Source: Chrysomallon squamiferum (Eukaryota; Animalia; Mollusca). Taken from it: 64,000 nt of DNA. Position numbers and translations under genes: made by a program. The stretch's first letter is position 1, and every line of letters starts with the position of its first letter. Under the pieces are notes generated by a model that made no database searches, was not told the DNA's origin, and saw only the letters and a program-made list of their open reading frames with translations. Positions 26,572 to 39,404 of this stretch are shown one piece after another. Location of the stretch: contig CM022676.1 of assembly GCA_012295275.1 (NCBI GenBank), positions 12,896,001 to 12,960,000 of the forward strand, written 5' to 3'.

Positions 26572-29500
26572 TTTCCATGTTCTGCATCCTTGCCTGTAAT
26601 TAAAAATAATAAAGTATTAAATGAATTTTTAAATATTAGCCAAGAAATAATGTATTTGTTTTAAGAACAGGAGAAAAACTGTATGAATGATAATTAAAGT
26701 TATTCTATAATGTAAAAGTTTGGGGCTATCTCGATAAAGCTGTAAATTATTTTATCTGCACAGGTTGCTTCATTATTATGAATCTAAAAGAAAAAAAAAG
26801 CTAACTGTGGAAAAATTAATTAATTAAAAATATTTTTGCTGTTTCCTAAGAAACTGATAAAAAGTACTGCAGGCACCTAACAGATCTACAAATTATTGAC
26901 ATTGACGACAGGAAAAACCTCACAAGTCAGTATTACTTATTACATGAAAAATAAAATAGAACAATAAAAAAACTGCAAACAAATTTGTTTGGATCATCTA
27001 AAGGTTCACACAGTTGACTTGTTATTGAAAATAAACTAAATGCAAGCTTTTCCATTAGTGTTGTGTATTTGTCTTGTTAAAAAAAATGGTTTAAAAAATA
27101 TGAAAGTGTAAGGCTTCATAGTACAGGGATATATTTTCAAGAAGAGAGACTTGGATTGCATAAATTGTATTCTAAAACAATATCTTACCCTTTTTACTTG
27201 AGAAGACAAATGGCTGATGTCTCCTAAGAAAAAGAACAAGTATCACTATGACAACAATGGCAGTCACAGAACCAACAGCTCCTCCTACAGCTGCACCAAG
27301 CACAGCACTTGAAATACCATGTTCTTCTAAACCTGTAATTATTTAATATTAAAAACAATATCTGTACAGACAAAATGCAAAAATGTCTTCAAAAAACATT
27401 TAAAATGTAATAACTGTAAAGACAAATGTAAAGCTTTCTGAAAAATTGTATAATTAGACGGTCATCAAATCATAGATTTCAATTTAACTTTATATCATTT
27501 CTAAACATTTGTTTTCAATAAACAATTTACTTACCCTGTGTTGTAACTTCAAGTGTAACATATTTACTCATATTATTTGAAAGTCTGTTACTCTCAGCTG
27601 TCAGTCGAATATCGTAAACTTGTTTAGGCTGAAGATCTGTGATGTTAAAAAATATTTTGTGTGCTGAGTCATCAAACAATTCACTTTGCCAAGCAGTAAT
27701 CAAGTTAGAGTCACTTTGTGGTTTGTACTGCAGTATAAATCTTTGTTTGAAATTACCACCTGGGTAGTTAGGTAGCCAGGACAAGAACACTGTGTCTGAT
27801 GTTGAGTTTCTTTCTTGTTTGAACTCTTTAGGAGGAAGAGGTGGACCTGCTCCAGTTAGGTTCACAGAAAACTGAGAACATCCAACTTCATTACAGACTG
27901 TCAGTTTGTACGTTCCAATGTCATCCTGAGTAAAATTACTGATACTGAGGGAAAATGTGTATCCAGAATCTGATACTGTTTTACTGTGTATTTGTAGTGT
28001 AACATTTTCCTGTACTACACCTGTGTTATTATAATGTATTTGTTCATCAAAGTTACTCCAAGTAAATTTTGTGAAGTTTGGCTTGGAAAACACAGATTTG
28101 ATTAGTCTGACAGGTTTTCCAATCTCAGCTCCCAGGATACTGTCTGCCTTGGTCTCCATACCAATCTTTGGCGTTGCTATAGTATAAGAATAAAACTGGA
28201 ATAATTATGTACATTTTTTATTATTACAGTTAGAGCTGAAGATTTAAATTTAATGAAATATTTGAGTATTTATTTGTGACTGTAAAATATTTAACTTACA
28301 GAGTTCATATCAGAAGTAATTTATAATATGGAAACTTTGAAGGCTTTGGCAATCTGTATAACAGAGAAAACGGTGGTAAATGCTGTGTGGAAAAAGAAAG
28401 ATTTGCAGTGGCTGTTTGAAAGAGCACAAATATTAATATTAGCAATGTAGAAATATACACAACCAAATTTACTTTAAAATAACATATCATAAAAACCTGA
28501 TGAACAGCAGATTAAACTGGTTCAGATATGATCCTATAATTCATTCAGAGCAGTGGAAATTTCAGATTATTTGTACATTTTCCAGATTTTTGTCCATATT
28601 TTCCAATATCCAGCCATGGGGTCCATTAAATGGAGGGTTGAGTATACTGATAATCATCAACATCTTATATATTAAAGATTATTAGCAAGAGTTTTATCCA
28701 TTACATTGTCTATTTCAGTCTCTGTAATCAGCAAAATGAAATTACAACTAATAGAACTATACTAAACCTTTTACATAAATAAAAGCAGATTTGGTTTGAC
28801 TCAATTTTCCAAATCTGTCTGTAATTCCATTCTGTACACTACAAGTGTATGTTCCTCCATCTTCATATGTAGCAGATTTAAACATCAGTCTGTACTGACT
28901 GTTTCCAACAACAACTCCATTAACATCCTCTATAAATACTCCATTCCAGTAATGTTTAAAACTTGTAAACGTCATGTTGCCAGGACGACCATCAGTAAAA
29001 CATGTAAAATTTGCTGTGATGTTTTCTGTTGTATTCACTGAATCAAAAGTGATGTCTGGAGCATCTGTTAAGAAAAGTTGTTAAAAGTTTATTGTTTTAC
29101 ACTACTGATAAAGTAAATATTGTTATTTTGTTTTAATAAAGAGGTACAAGTTTAGAGACAAAACAAACTGATACTCACAGTTGACAACAACTTCAGTGTC
29201 ATGTGACTTAACAAGGTTTCCGTATTCGTTAGTGGTGACGTTTGCTTCACATGTGTAATTACCATGATTTGTTCTGTTCAAATTTGTTAAAATTAACTTT
29301 CCAGTATTAACCAGCTCTTGTCCACCAAATGTCCACTTCAGTACAGCTGTACCGGGATTGCTGTCTGATGTACAGGTCAAGGTCAGGTCATCGCCTTCTT
29401 TGTGAAGTCCTGATTTTGAAAAGGTGATTTTGATTCTGGGATAATCTAGAATATTACAAAATGTTCAAATGTAAAAAATTAATACTAAACAACCAACAAA

Positions 29501-32500
29501 TCTTTTTAAATAAAATGTTCTACAAAATGTGATGACAAAAAAGATGAATTTCTGTTTATTTCTAATAATTGTTTTCTTCTCATAATTATTTAAAAACACA
29601 ATAAAATATATTATGATTTAGATTATAGTTTTTAAATGTTAATAAGTTCAAAAGTCAAAATGTTACATTTCCAAAGTTAAATGAAAAACATCGTAAGAAG
29701 ATATTACATTTAACAAACAACATACAGTAAATGTTTAATTGTGTCTTATTAGATTCAGGTCTCTGTTGTCCAGTTCTTTCTGTGAAGAGATTTCCAGCTG
29801 TACATTTGTACCAGACTCCATTGTCTTCCTTTGTAGGTGTCAATGACAAGTTAAATCCTGTGTGTTGTACATCAGATCCATTTCTAATCCAGTAAAACTG
29901 AGCTGCTGGATTTCCTTTACCACTGTCAGGTACAGAACAAATCAAAGAGCCTCCTCTGTTTTCTAGCCATGGCTGTTTAGGATCTGATGAAAGAGTTGGT
30001 CTCTTTGGAGGATCTATTTAAAATATTCTCATTTTATTTCAGGTAAACATGTTTTGTAATTTTGTAAAATGATTATCATTATTTCTTTTGAGGTATGATT
30101 GGAATTCCGGACAAACACATGCATTACTATTAAAATATATATATCTACAAATTTATTGTTTTAACATAAGAATATTTTAAAAGTTATTTTAAAGGTTAAT
30201 GTTACAAATATTTAACAAGTTGATTCATTTCCAGTCATACCAATTATTTTCACCAGCCAAGTTACAACAAATGTATAATAGTGAAGTTGAGCTAACTGGG
30301 TGATTTTACCAAGGATTTATCAAAAGGTAAAGTGTTATTACATTCTGACAATGACCAGTCTCTGTATGTGTTAGATCTGTATTATTAATTATAATTAATC
30401 CTTCATCACTAGTATTGATAGAAAGGAGGGAACATGGGAAATTAATCAAGTTTATCTAAAAAAATTATATACGCAGCAAATAAATCAGTAATTAATTATG
30501 TTGTTTTTGTATAATTTATGACATGTTTTAAAAGCCTCATTGATCTGGTAAACATGAAAATAATTTACCAAAACCAAAAGATATTTCATATGATAACAGA
30601 AGTGTGGTAGTATTTGTGTGTGTTAATCCACCCATTGATAATTGTATAAATTACAAACAATATAAAAATTACTTACAGTAAATAGTCATGTTTCTGCTTT
30701 TTCTCTCGTTGTATTCACCATACTTCCAACTAGAAACACACTCACACACTTTGTTATTCTGAGACCTGTTAGCTATGAAAAATATTGTACAGGTTCTGGT
30801 TTCTTCTCTGTCAGAGCAGTGTACAGGATTATAACATGTCCAGTTCAGATTTGGTTTTGGATTCCCACCAGTTGTAGAACAGTTGAGTGTGACAGTGTCA
30901 CCCTCAAACACAGGAAACGTTGTTCCTGAAACAACTGGAGATGAACTTGGTGGATCTGAAACAACAAATATTTATGAGTTTGAAAAAAAATTAAACATTA
31001 AAAAGAAAAAAAAATCATTAAGAAACTAAATATGTATTATCTCAAAGTCTAATTTGTTATAAACTTACATTTCACATCCAGAAACTTTTCTTCAATAGAC
31101 TCAGTCTGTGTATGTGTTTCTCACAGTACACTGGATTGTCTTCCCATTCTGTACTCTTCCGGGTGTCATTGTTAGTGTTTGAGACCAAGTATTTCCAGAT
31201 GAACCGTGTTTATCTCCCCTTGCTCCATTAATATGTGTTCCATCTTTAAACTTCCAGGTGAAATCCACATCTGGTTTAACAGCTGTCAGTGTTCTACATG
31301 TAAAGCTATTGCAAAAGAAAAAAAAAAAAGATCTTAAGTGAATAAATACATCTTTGGAAAAGGAATATTTTAAATATAAAGATACTGAGTATTCTGTATT
31401 TAATGTTACGTAGAAGTCAAGGTGGCATCTTTGACTTGTGCAAATTAGCAATTGATCGAATTTTACATTTTCACATCTTTTGTTATTAATATTATTTGCA
31501 AATATTTGAAGGTCTATTCAAATAACATGCACACACATACAAACATGCACACATTTTATTATTATTTTAGGTAATTACTTGTGTTCACAGACACATCAGA
31601 AACAGTGAAAAAAATATACTGTTGTACACTACATGAAAATAGGCTATTATTTTTATTGTTTTAGTAAGTTTATTTAATTAACACACTGCTTTATTTTATA
31701 TCAACATGTGTATAACTTACTAGCAAAGGGAGGTGTTAAACTGATTTTGGCTTGAAAATTATTGTTTTCATCAACCGTCCACGTTCCTGCATGTTCTGTT
31801 TCACTGAAAGATGAAATCTTCAAAGTTACAACGTTTGCTGATTGTCTTGTTAAACTGATTCCACCAAATCCACTAGCGCAGTTTCCTCCTAATGACAATG
31901 GCAGACATGTTCCTTTTATTTTGTTATTCAGAGAAAAAGTTACAGCTGCTGTTATGTTACCATTATCACTTGTGTATGTCAAAGTAAGAGGTTGACCAAC
32001 AACTGCTGTTTTTTTGTTTGTTGTAAGAATTCCATTTGCTGGTAAGAAATAAAAAAAAAAAGTAATACAATAATAACAATAAAAGCTGATAAAAGTACAC
32101 ACTACACAGAAAAAAAAGAAGAGAATTAGACTTCAACAACAGTTTAAATTAATAGTCCATGAACTAGATCCATAAATGATAAGTCTGGTGTCTAAGTATG
32201 TCACTGATGAACTGATCTAATGTGAATTTTCAGTTAGCATGATGCCTGAGATTTCCAATTTTGTAGTGTTGTGCTCATACAGAAGTTGACTTTGAAAATC
32301 ATTAAATCAAATGTTTCTGGACTTTTGACATTTCTATTCGAATTTTATTTTTCTTATTAACTTGTTTTTACCGGCAATAACAAGTAATATTACAAAAGAT
32401 GCTATTAAACACAGTATAAATAATTTATGGTTTCACAGTTATGTTCAGTGCACTCAGTACAATTAATAATCAATTTTTATAATTATACTATTATTCTTGA

Positions 32501-32675
32501 TACATTTTTTAAACCAGTGGTTGTAATAAAAATAAAACCTAGTGTTAGAGCAACGTTTTTAATTGATATACTATCCCCTAATCGGTTATTACTATTAAGT
32601 TATTAAAAACATACCACAGCAGATATAGCATCCATTTAGCAATAAGTACACAAACAGCCAGAATTTTTGTATCAT
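26572..32675 (-). CDS. Type C gene: nephrin-like multi-Ig + FN3 transmembrane receptor (domain 2 exon frameshifted; tail end unresolved)
   Basis: Exons 32675-32615 (SP MIQKFWLFVYLLLNGCYICC), 32038-31721, [31305-31069 damaged], 30955-30677, 30013-29726, 29445-29179, 29064-28768, 28176-27535 (Ig+FN3), 27332-27189 (TM), 26593-26572; a further candidate exon near 26297-26273. Confidence 0.8.
27189..27332 (-). CDS. Gene C transmembrane exon
   Basis: GLEEHGISSAVLGAAVGGAVGSVTAIVVIVILVLFLRRHQPFVFSSKK; AG/GTAAGA, phase 1-1. Confidence 0.85.
27535..28176 (-). CDS. Gene C Ig domain 7 + FN3 domain (single exon)
   Basis: DDIGTYKLTVCNEVG then GPPLPP...LSW...GG..QRF.LQYK...ITDLQPKQVYDIRLTAES; 642 nt. Confidence 0.9.
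28768..29064 (-). CDS. Gene C Ig domain 6
   Basis: YAPDI...FTCFTDGRP...EDGGTYTCSVQNG; 297 nt. Confidence 0.88.
29179..29445 (-). CDS. Gene C Ig domain 5
   Basis: EGDDLTLTCTSDSNP...W...HGNYTCEA; 267 nt. Confidence 0.88.
29726..30013 (-). CDS. Gene C Ig domain 4
   Basis: Homologue of gene B domain 4, same 288-nt length. Confidence 0.9.
30677..30955 (-). CDS. Gene C Ig domain 3
   Basis: Near-identical to gene B domain 3, same 279-nt length. Confidence 0.9.
31069..31305 (-). pseudogene. Gene C Ig domain 2 exon with frameshift
   Basis: FTC...KPDVDFTW...QNGKTIQCTVRN stops at TGA 31103-31101, while the G strand QTESIEEKFLDVK and the GTAAGT donor lie in another frame. Confidence 0.7.
31721..32038 (-). 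CDS. Gene C domain 1 (V-like, lacking canonical cysteines)
   Basis: VVGQPLTLTY...VTLKISSFSETEHAGTWTV; 318 nt phase 1-1. Confidence 0.8.
32615..32675 (-). CDS. Gene C signal peptide exon
   Basis: ttttcAG|taATG..., 20 codons + phase 1 donor GTATGT. Confidence 0.8.
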
Positions 32676-33849
32676 TACTGAAAAATAAAATAAACAAGTA
32701 AAAGATTATTTAAATTCAAACTAAGTTGTATTATCTTTTTTCCAGAATTCTGCTACATTTTATATACATATATAAATATATATATAATATATATATTTAT
32801 TGTATAAAAACATTATCAAATAAAATAACAAGTACTATTTTCAGCTTGTCAGGTACCAAAGGACTTAAAGAAATTAATGTGCTAATCAGAGCAAGCAGTT
32901 GTGATGCATACTGTGATAGTTATGCTCTGTGAAAAAACCAGGAGTTGTTTTTGTTGCACAAAAGAGTAGAGGGAGGGAAAGGCTGGAAAGACACAAGACT
33001 ATGTTGAGCAGACAGAAGAAGCTTAATGAGCTGGTTGTGGAGTTTTGTTGTCATTTCTGCTAGTTGATGTTCATAAGTTTGTGCTGTTTGATCATTTTGT
33101 TGTTTTCATCACTATATTTATGAAGAACTGATCATGTTGTTTTTTGTTTTTTTCCTGCAGCTGCTCTTATGATGTTCATTTTGTTGTCCAGTTCTTTATC
33201 AAATAATTCCCAACTTTTAAAAAAAAATTCCACCTATGGTCTTTTTATTGGTTAAAAATTATTATATACACATGAACAATAATAATAATAAAGTAGGCTG
33301 AAAAGAAAGAAAAAAAAATAAAAAAAATAATAAATAAATAAATAAACAAATAATAAAATATTGTGAAAATAGTGATATAAACCAGTTTTATCTTTTTACA
33401 CCATAGAAATAGGCAGGGTCTAGGACCTGCGTGTTCATTTTAAATCAGAGGAAGCAATGAGGATATTTAATGCTAGAAAAATACTCTTGTCTACCTAGTC
33501 AATAACCAAACATATGCATCTCATGATCCAGGAAGTTCAGTCATTGTTTAACTGAGAAATATTCCACTATTAACATCTTGCTCACACCTTTTTACATATT
33601 TATGAACATATCTCTATACACTACTGTTTTATATCAACCTTATGCATCATCGTATTACTGCATTGCAAATGCTAAATTCGTGTCTCTAACAGAAAATGTT
33701 TCTATACTGTCTTCTTTGTTATCAATGTCCACGGGCCTTTATGCATCACACTACGTATGCAAATAAATGCTGAAAACACTGTAATTCATAACTCAGAAAG
33801 CTGTAAGGAAGTCCCAGGGATATGGTGTCATGATAAACAGCAAGAATTT

Positions 33850-34510
33850 TGCAATAACCTCAAAAGGCAGAAGCAATGGTTAAATGAAATATCCAAAACA
33901 TTACAAAATTGCAAGTCAATGGACATTGATTCAGAATTTATAAATAAATGCTGTATTTATAACTGCAGCTAAATATATATTTGGGAAGAAACCCACCTAT
34001 AATACAATAAAGAAACATCCTTATAATAACGCCTGGTTTAATGGAGCTTGTAAAGCTATAAGAAAGGAAATCAGAAAAGACAGAAGATATAAACAATATT
34101 GTGGAATTATAATGAATGCTGATTTGAAGTATAAAGAGAGTCAGTATAAACAAACACAAAACAGAGCTGTTAGAGAATAAAGAAGATCTATTAAACAAAA
34201 ATTGAAAATAAGAACTTCAAATTCCAAACAATACTTGTTAGTTCGGAACAGCAATAAGAACGGATGGTCAAAAGTAAATGTGTCAAGTGATTCTCTACTT
34301 CATTTTCTCAAAACTCTTAATAACAATGTTGATGAAACTTTGCCTGATCATGTAACACCAACAGAAGAATTGCACACTCAAAGCCAAGAAACCACTAATG
34401 ATATTTTGAACAAGGCTTTTTCTGCCAAGGAAATAATAAGAGCAGTGAACAGACTCCATTGCAGTAGATCAGCTACAGAAGACTTTATTATTAATGAATA
34501 TAAAGTATAC
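33850..34510 (+). mobile_element. Decayed LINE (L2/CR1-like) ORF2 fragment
   Basis: AWFNGACK and ILNKAFSAKEIIRAVNRL...EDFIINEYK resemble the endonuclease-RT linker of non-LTR ORF2; broken by frameshifts. Confidence 0.7.
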
Positions 34511-34739
34511 AGCTAATATTAAAACGTGAGCAGAATATTTATAGACATCACACAAGCGTTCAGACAGCCTTTCTGAATTTACTTTGCAACTTTAATGCCA
34601 ATATTACCATAATATAATAACATAATTATTAATATAAAATGTAGCAGTCATTGTGGTTTAAAGGGGCATATAAAAATAAGTGTTTTGTGAATAATATATA
34701 ATTCATACATAGAATACAAAATTATGAATAAAAACAAGC

Positions 34740-35055
34740 CAGTGCACAGGCTACAGTTGCAAGTCAACTCCATGTTTATAAACACGATGAAGAGTTGTTT
34801 GGATGCAATTGTTGTTATCCTTGAATGGCAGTATAACAAATACTTTCACTGCGATCCCACTGAGAAACTGAGGGATGAGACTAGATCGACCAGATGTCAC
34901 AACATTGATGCAGAAGAGATCATGGGGATGTTTAGTTCATTACAAATGAAATCCCCAAATGCTACTCTCTGCTACATCTCGTGTAAAATGAATGAGTGCC
35001 ATCAAAAACAGGGCAGTGGATTACCTTCATGCCCTAGACAGGGAGAGAAGACATA
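34740..35055 (+). mobile_element. DNA transposase-like C-terminal fragment (family uncertain)
   Basis: HNIDAEEIMGMFS...PNAT...KM / AIKNRAVDYL across a frameshift resembles invertebrate transposase C-termini. Confidence 0.5.
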
Positions 35056-35515
35056 GGGTGATTCCGTGTCAAATCACCCCCCCCCCAAAAAAAAAACCCC
35101 TACCGTCCCAGATTTCTATGAAACTTCTTATACTTGTTGACTGGGATCCGTCAGCACCAAATCTGAAATTTTAGGCCAATCAGATCAGTGGTGTGGGAGA
35201 TATGGCCCCCCCCTCCAAATTTTGAGGTGTTTGGTAAAAATGGGCATGACCACCAACCTTTGAACCTTGATATCTTAGGAACTACTGGGCCAATCTTCAG
35301 AAAATTGGTATTGTTAAAAAGGCAATATGACAAGGATTCCAAATGTGCCATTATTGTTCCAATTTTGGGGTACCCTGACCTTTTTACCTTTGATATGACC
35401 GTGTGCATCACATGACCTTGAGATGACCTTTATTGAAATGTAATCCCCCACATGTTACTTATAACATACAAAAGTTTCCTGGGTGTAGTATATTTTGTTT
35501 AGCCACAATATAGAT
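35056..35515 (+). mobile_element. Truncated copy of the GGG-terminal TIR element found at 55934-56893
   Basis: Begins gggtgattccgtgtcaaatcacc and aligns with 55934-56375. Confidence 0.75.
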
Positions 35516-36769
35516 TTATATATATTATATATATATAATTGTTACTTAAAAGGACTACAACTGAGTACAAGCATTTGATGTTAAACTATAATCCTCTACA
35601 ATACTGTCACAGTGGGGAAAAATGCCTCACTTGGACATGCCATAAACTGATTAAAATAACTCTTGCAACATAAGTTATAATCGCCAAAGTTGTCAAGTTA
35701 CAATCCATCCAGTCTAACAACAGACATATAATTATTTTAAATTGTGACAGTTCGACTGCAATTAACAGGTTAGCGGACTGGCAGCGAAAGAGACAATAAG
35801 ATGTCTTGGGCCGAGTAGATTGATTACAGCAATAATCCTGACAATAAATAAAATACCTAAATACATTAATACACAATGATATGAGCTGGCTCCAATTAAT
35901 GACTGCTGTAGACAAAAGATGTCTTATCCAAAGTAAATTGATTACGGCAATAATCTAAACAATAATTAAAATACCTAAACACATTAATATCTAACGATAC
36001 GAGCCGAGTGCTATAAAATAACGCACAGACCAATTGCATATGTTGCATACGATGTTATTATATTCTGATATATTTAATGCATATATGAATAATGTTAAAC
36101 AACATATTTGGTAGAAATGTGAATGTCTGTTTATTATGTTTATTACAAGCATGTACCTAACTAGCTCATCAATGTGTGTGAAATTATAAAATACCATAAA
36201 AGGTAAACATGTTCAACACACAAGATATATATAGTACTCTACTGCGATGATCAATTTATATATCAGTACTACATGTAATTAGCGCCACAGTAACTCCCAT
36301 AAAATGCTATTTATTACATGCCGTTGGCATCACAGGAACATGAGCAATATGTACTTTATTGATCATTATTACAAATAGTTAGTAACTACACATACATTCA
36401 GTAGTAAACACTATATGCATTGAAACAATACATACATAATTTAACAAACGTAGTTATTTACCTTTACATTGTTATACAAGTCATTTGGTTTAATCATTGT
36501 TTCACGTAATGTAGTTGCCTAATTGTTTAAACGTTTTAATACGTTTTCTAATATATTTGTATGAATTGATGTTACGTACACATCTTATATTGTTGCAAGA
36601 TGTGTATATATATGTATTCTATGTAAAATAGAATGCACTTGGCTGACCAGGAATAAACACTTCAGAACTCAGCTCATCTCTCATATTTTGTATTTAGACT
36701 GGATCTCATTGCTCCCAGACTGCATTCCCCAAAGTGGTTCTACAGCAAAATAATAACCAAGGAAAAATT

Positions 36770-37110
36770 AATCATGGTTATAACACATTAACTCAGATAA
36801 TCTAGGAGTCTATTCCAGAAAGGTGTTGCCGGTATTAATTAGGAGCAATACAATGTGTATGTAAATCATGAGACTAAAGACAGTTAAAGGCAGACGCATG
36901 ATAAGTCACGTTAATAAGTATCATTTGAAGCAGACAAAAATTTTTTCTTAGTTTTTTGTTTGTACTTCCTGTGATTTAACAGCAAACAAAAGTTACCTAT
37001 CTTGTGACCATTGTTAGTATTTTCTCTGATAGAGCAAATCAACACTTCAAGCAAACATAACCTAAGCTTTAAAACTGAACAATTTATCAACTTTATAGTT
37101 TTACAATATT
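36770..37110 (+). mobile_element. Sola2-like transposon relic
   Basis: Inverted homology to ~48380-48700; encodes IFSDRANQHFKQ; shares gcaaacaaaagttacctatc with 44300 and 48465. Confidence 0.55.
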
Positions 37111-38884
37111 AAAAGTGATAAGTTTTTTATTCAGCATTCTGTCAATACCTCTGGTACTTAGATTCACAGAATACATTGACTGTTTTGAAGTACAGTTTGT
37201 TATGTTTACAATTTTTAATTCGCCATTTGTCGTAAGAATTTTTAAAGCAAAACACAGTGTTAATTTGTTTATTTCTGAACATATTCATATTATAATTTAT
37301 ATACAGTAGAAAACTATGCGTCCTACAAATTATTAAAAACATAAACAACACAGAAACATAAACATTTTAAATAGCGACAGTTCTTTTTAGTTGAACATAA
37401 AATATACAGATATCAGGAAAGGAAACAGAATTTACAGTGATTTTGCAATGCAGGTGCTATTCATATTATGTATACCATACTATATGCTGTAAGTAGGAAC
37501 ATGGAAGAAAAAGTTATTAAACAACATATAAATATAATCATTTTAAACAGCGCCAGTGCCTACTAGTTATAATAAAATTTACGGTGATTTAGCCCAGTAG
37601 AAAACATAATTTAAGGCGATTTCGATAAGCACATGCTACTTTCAAATGCAGGGCTGAATCTACGCCAGAGATGACACACTGTGATGTCGTTCATTGTTTG
37701 AAACTGAAATTGAAAGGTAACTGAATGAGCTATAATTTGATTATCAGTTTGTTACTTCGTAGGTATTATTTTAAAAATAAGCCTTTTTTTTTTTTAATTG
37801 GTTCGAAGGCAAGCAAATATACCTCTGTGGACACAACTTTTCATATAAAATTAAATGCCATTGGCATTGTTAGTGACGACATGCACGTTGTTAGAAATAT
37901 CGAACTTTGACCTTCCTGGTCCTTTCACGTGGTATAGCTTTGGGGCTGTTTACAACGGGCAGTAGCGTTCGTTTACCCCCACCACATTTTACACACTTGT
38001 ACAAACTGCTGATTTAACACACAACAAAAACAACATCACTATTTAAAAGAGCGCATAATAATCTGTATTTCTGTATATTTGTTTTTCATATTATATTTTA
38101 CAGAAAGGATTTGGGAGTGGAGGAAATTGGACAATATCTGCACTTTTAATAGCTTTGTCCAATTATGTTTGTTAGGCTGCTGGTATCTTAATTAATAACT
38201 TCTACAATTTATAAATAATTTTTACAAGTATAATCGATACTGGCATCGGTCTTCAGTGAAAATTTCATCAGTAAAGCTTTATTGATTATTAACCAAGACA
38301 GAGGGGAAAATGTTAAAATATTGCTACTTTCGGTCACAAACCTCTAATGACTTAAATAGTGTTTACCGGGACGAATAAGTGCTTATTAGCAGGTTTGAAA
38401 TTGCTGATACTTCCTTAATTTTCAACATATTCAGTTGATTTTTGTTCTCATTTTAAAGGGGTTTACAACCTCTACCCACCTGTGTTATTTGTTTTCAGAT
38501 TTGTGGGGTTTGAAAATTTTGTACACATACCTAGGTTATCCCATTTTTCCATAACCTCCATCGAATAAAATTCCTCTTCTGAGCGGTAACTTGCGGGGCA
38601 AAGGATCTGAACGCTTTCCAAATATCCCACCAAAATACTGAGTAAAACCTCTGCTTAAAAATGGTTGATCTGAACTCCAAGATTACCGGTATTATTTTTT
38701 AGTCACATACCAATGTGAATGTTATAATGTAACGATTCAATGTTACCAAATACCATGTTTACAATGATAACATTGTTTAATTTGTTATTTCCAAATCTTA
38801 ACAAATACAATACAATGTCTCAAACTATTAACAGATACAATACCGTAATGCATTCATTATTTTTTCTTTTTAAATTCAGGTAAT

Positions 38885-39040
38885 GTTTAAAATAAACAAA
38901 TAACTCACCAAAATGATCTTCCAGTTAACGATCAACCACCTTAACTTTGATAGCGGAAGTTGCAAAGTGGGCGAGTCTAATACTTTTGTAGGGAATCAGA
39001 CCGAGTAGATTCCATTTAACAATAATTATGGGACATGGCT
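38885..39040 (-). promoter_or_regulatory. Putative promoter and non-coding first exon of gene C
   Basis: Donor TG|GTGAGT after 38909 on - strand, ETS-like cttccg; inverted homologue of 42455-42618. Confidence 0.6.
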
Positions 39041-39404
39041 AATATAAATCTGTTTTCGTGAACTCGTTCAGTGTTGGCTTATTAATCACAATAATTATCT
39101 GTACACATCACGATATAGGTAAATGTTTTAAAACAATTTTCTTGGCTAAAATACACGAAATCGAATAGAGTATTATTATACCTGCAGTTATCATAAAAAT
39201 AATAGCAGACTGTATTTTATTATTTAAATAGTTGTTAAAAACAAATTTAAAAAAATCGACACACACATTACAATCTCCCACAAAACAACATAATTTTATT
39301 TATTTATTTATTTAATACACATTCGGCAAGTGTCTGAATTCAGTGGCATTTTATTGTCAAACACAGCGGCAATGCTTCGCTGATTCCCGGAAGATTTGAA
39401 AATA

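Noticed and set aside
26572-32675. Assigning a gene symbol such as NPHS1/nephrin or hemicentin
   Set aside because: Only the architecture is similar; orthology cannot be shown from the sequence alone.
37697-37717. IRF/ISRE-like gaaactgaaattgaaag and kB-like ggggatttt near 42778
   Set aside because: Short motifs expected by chance in AT-rich DNA; no independent support.
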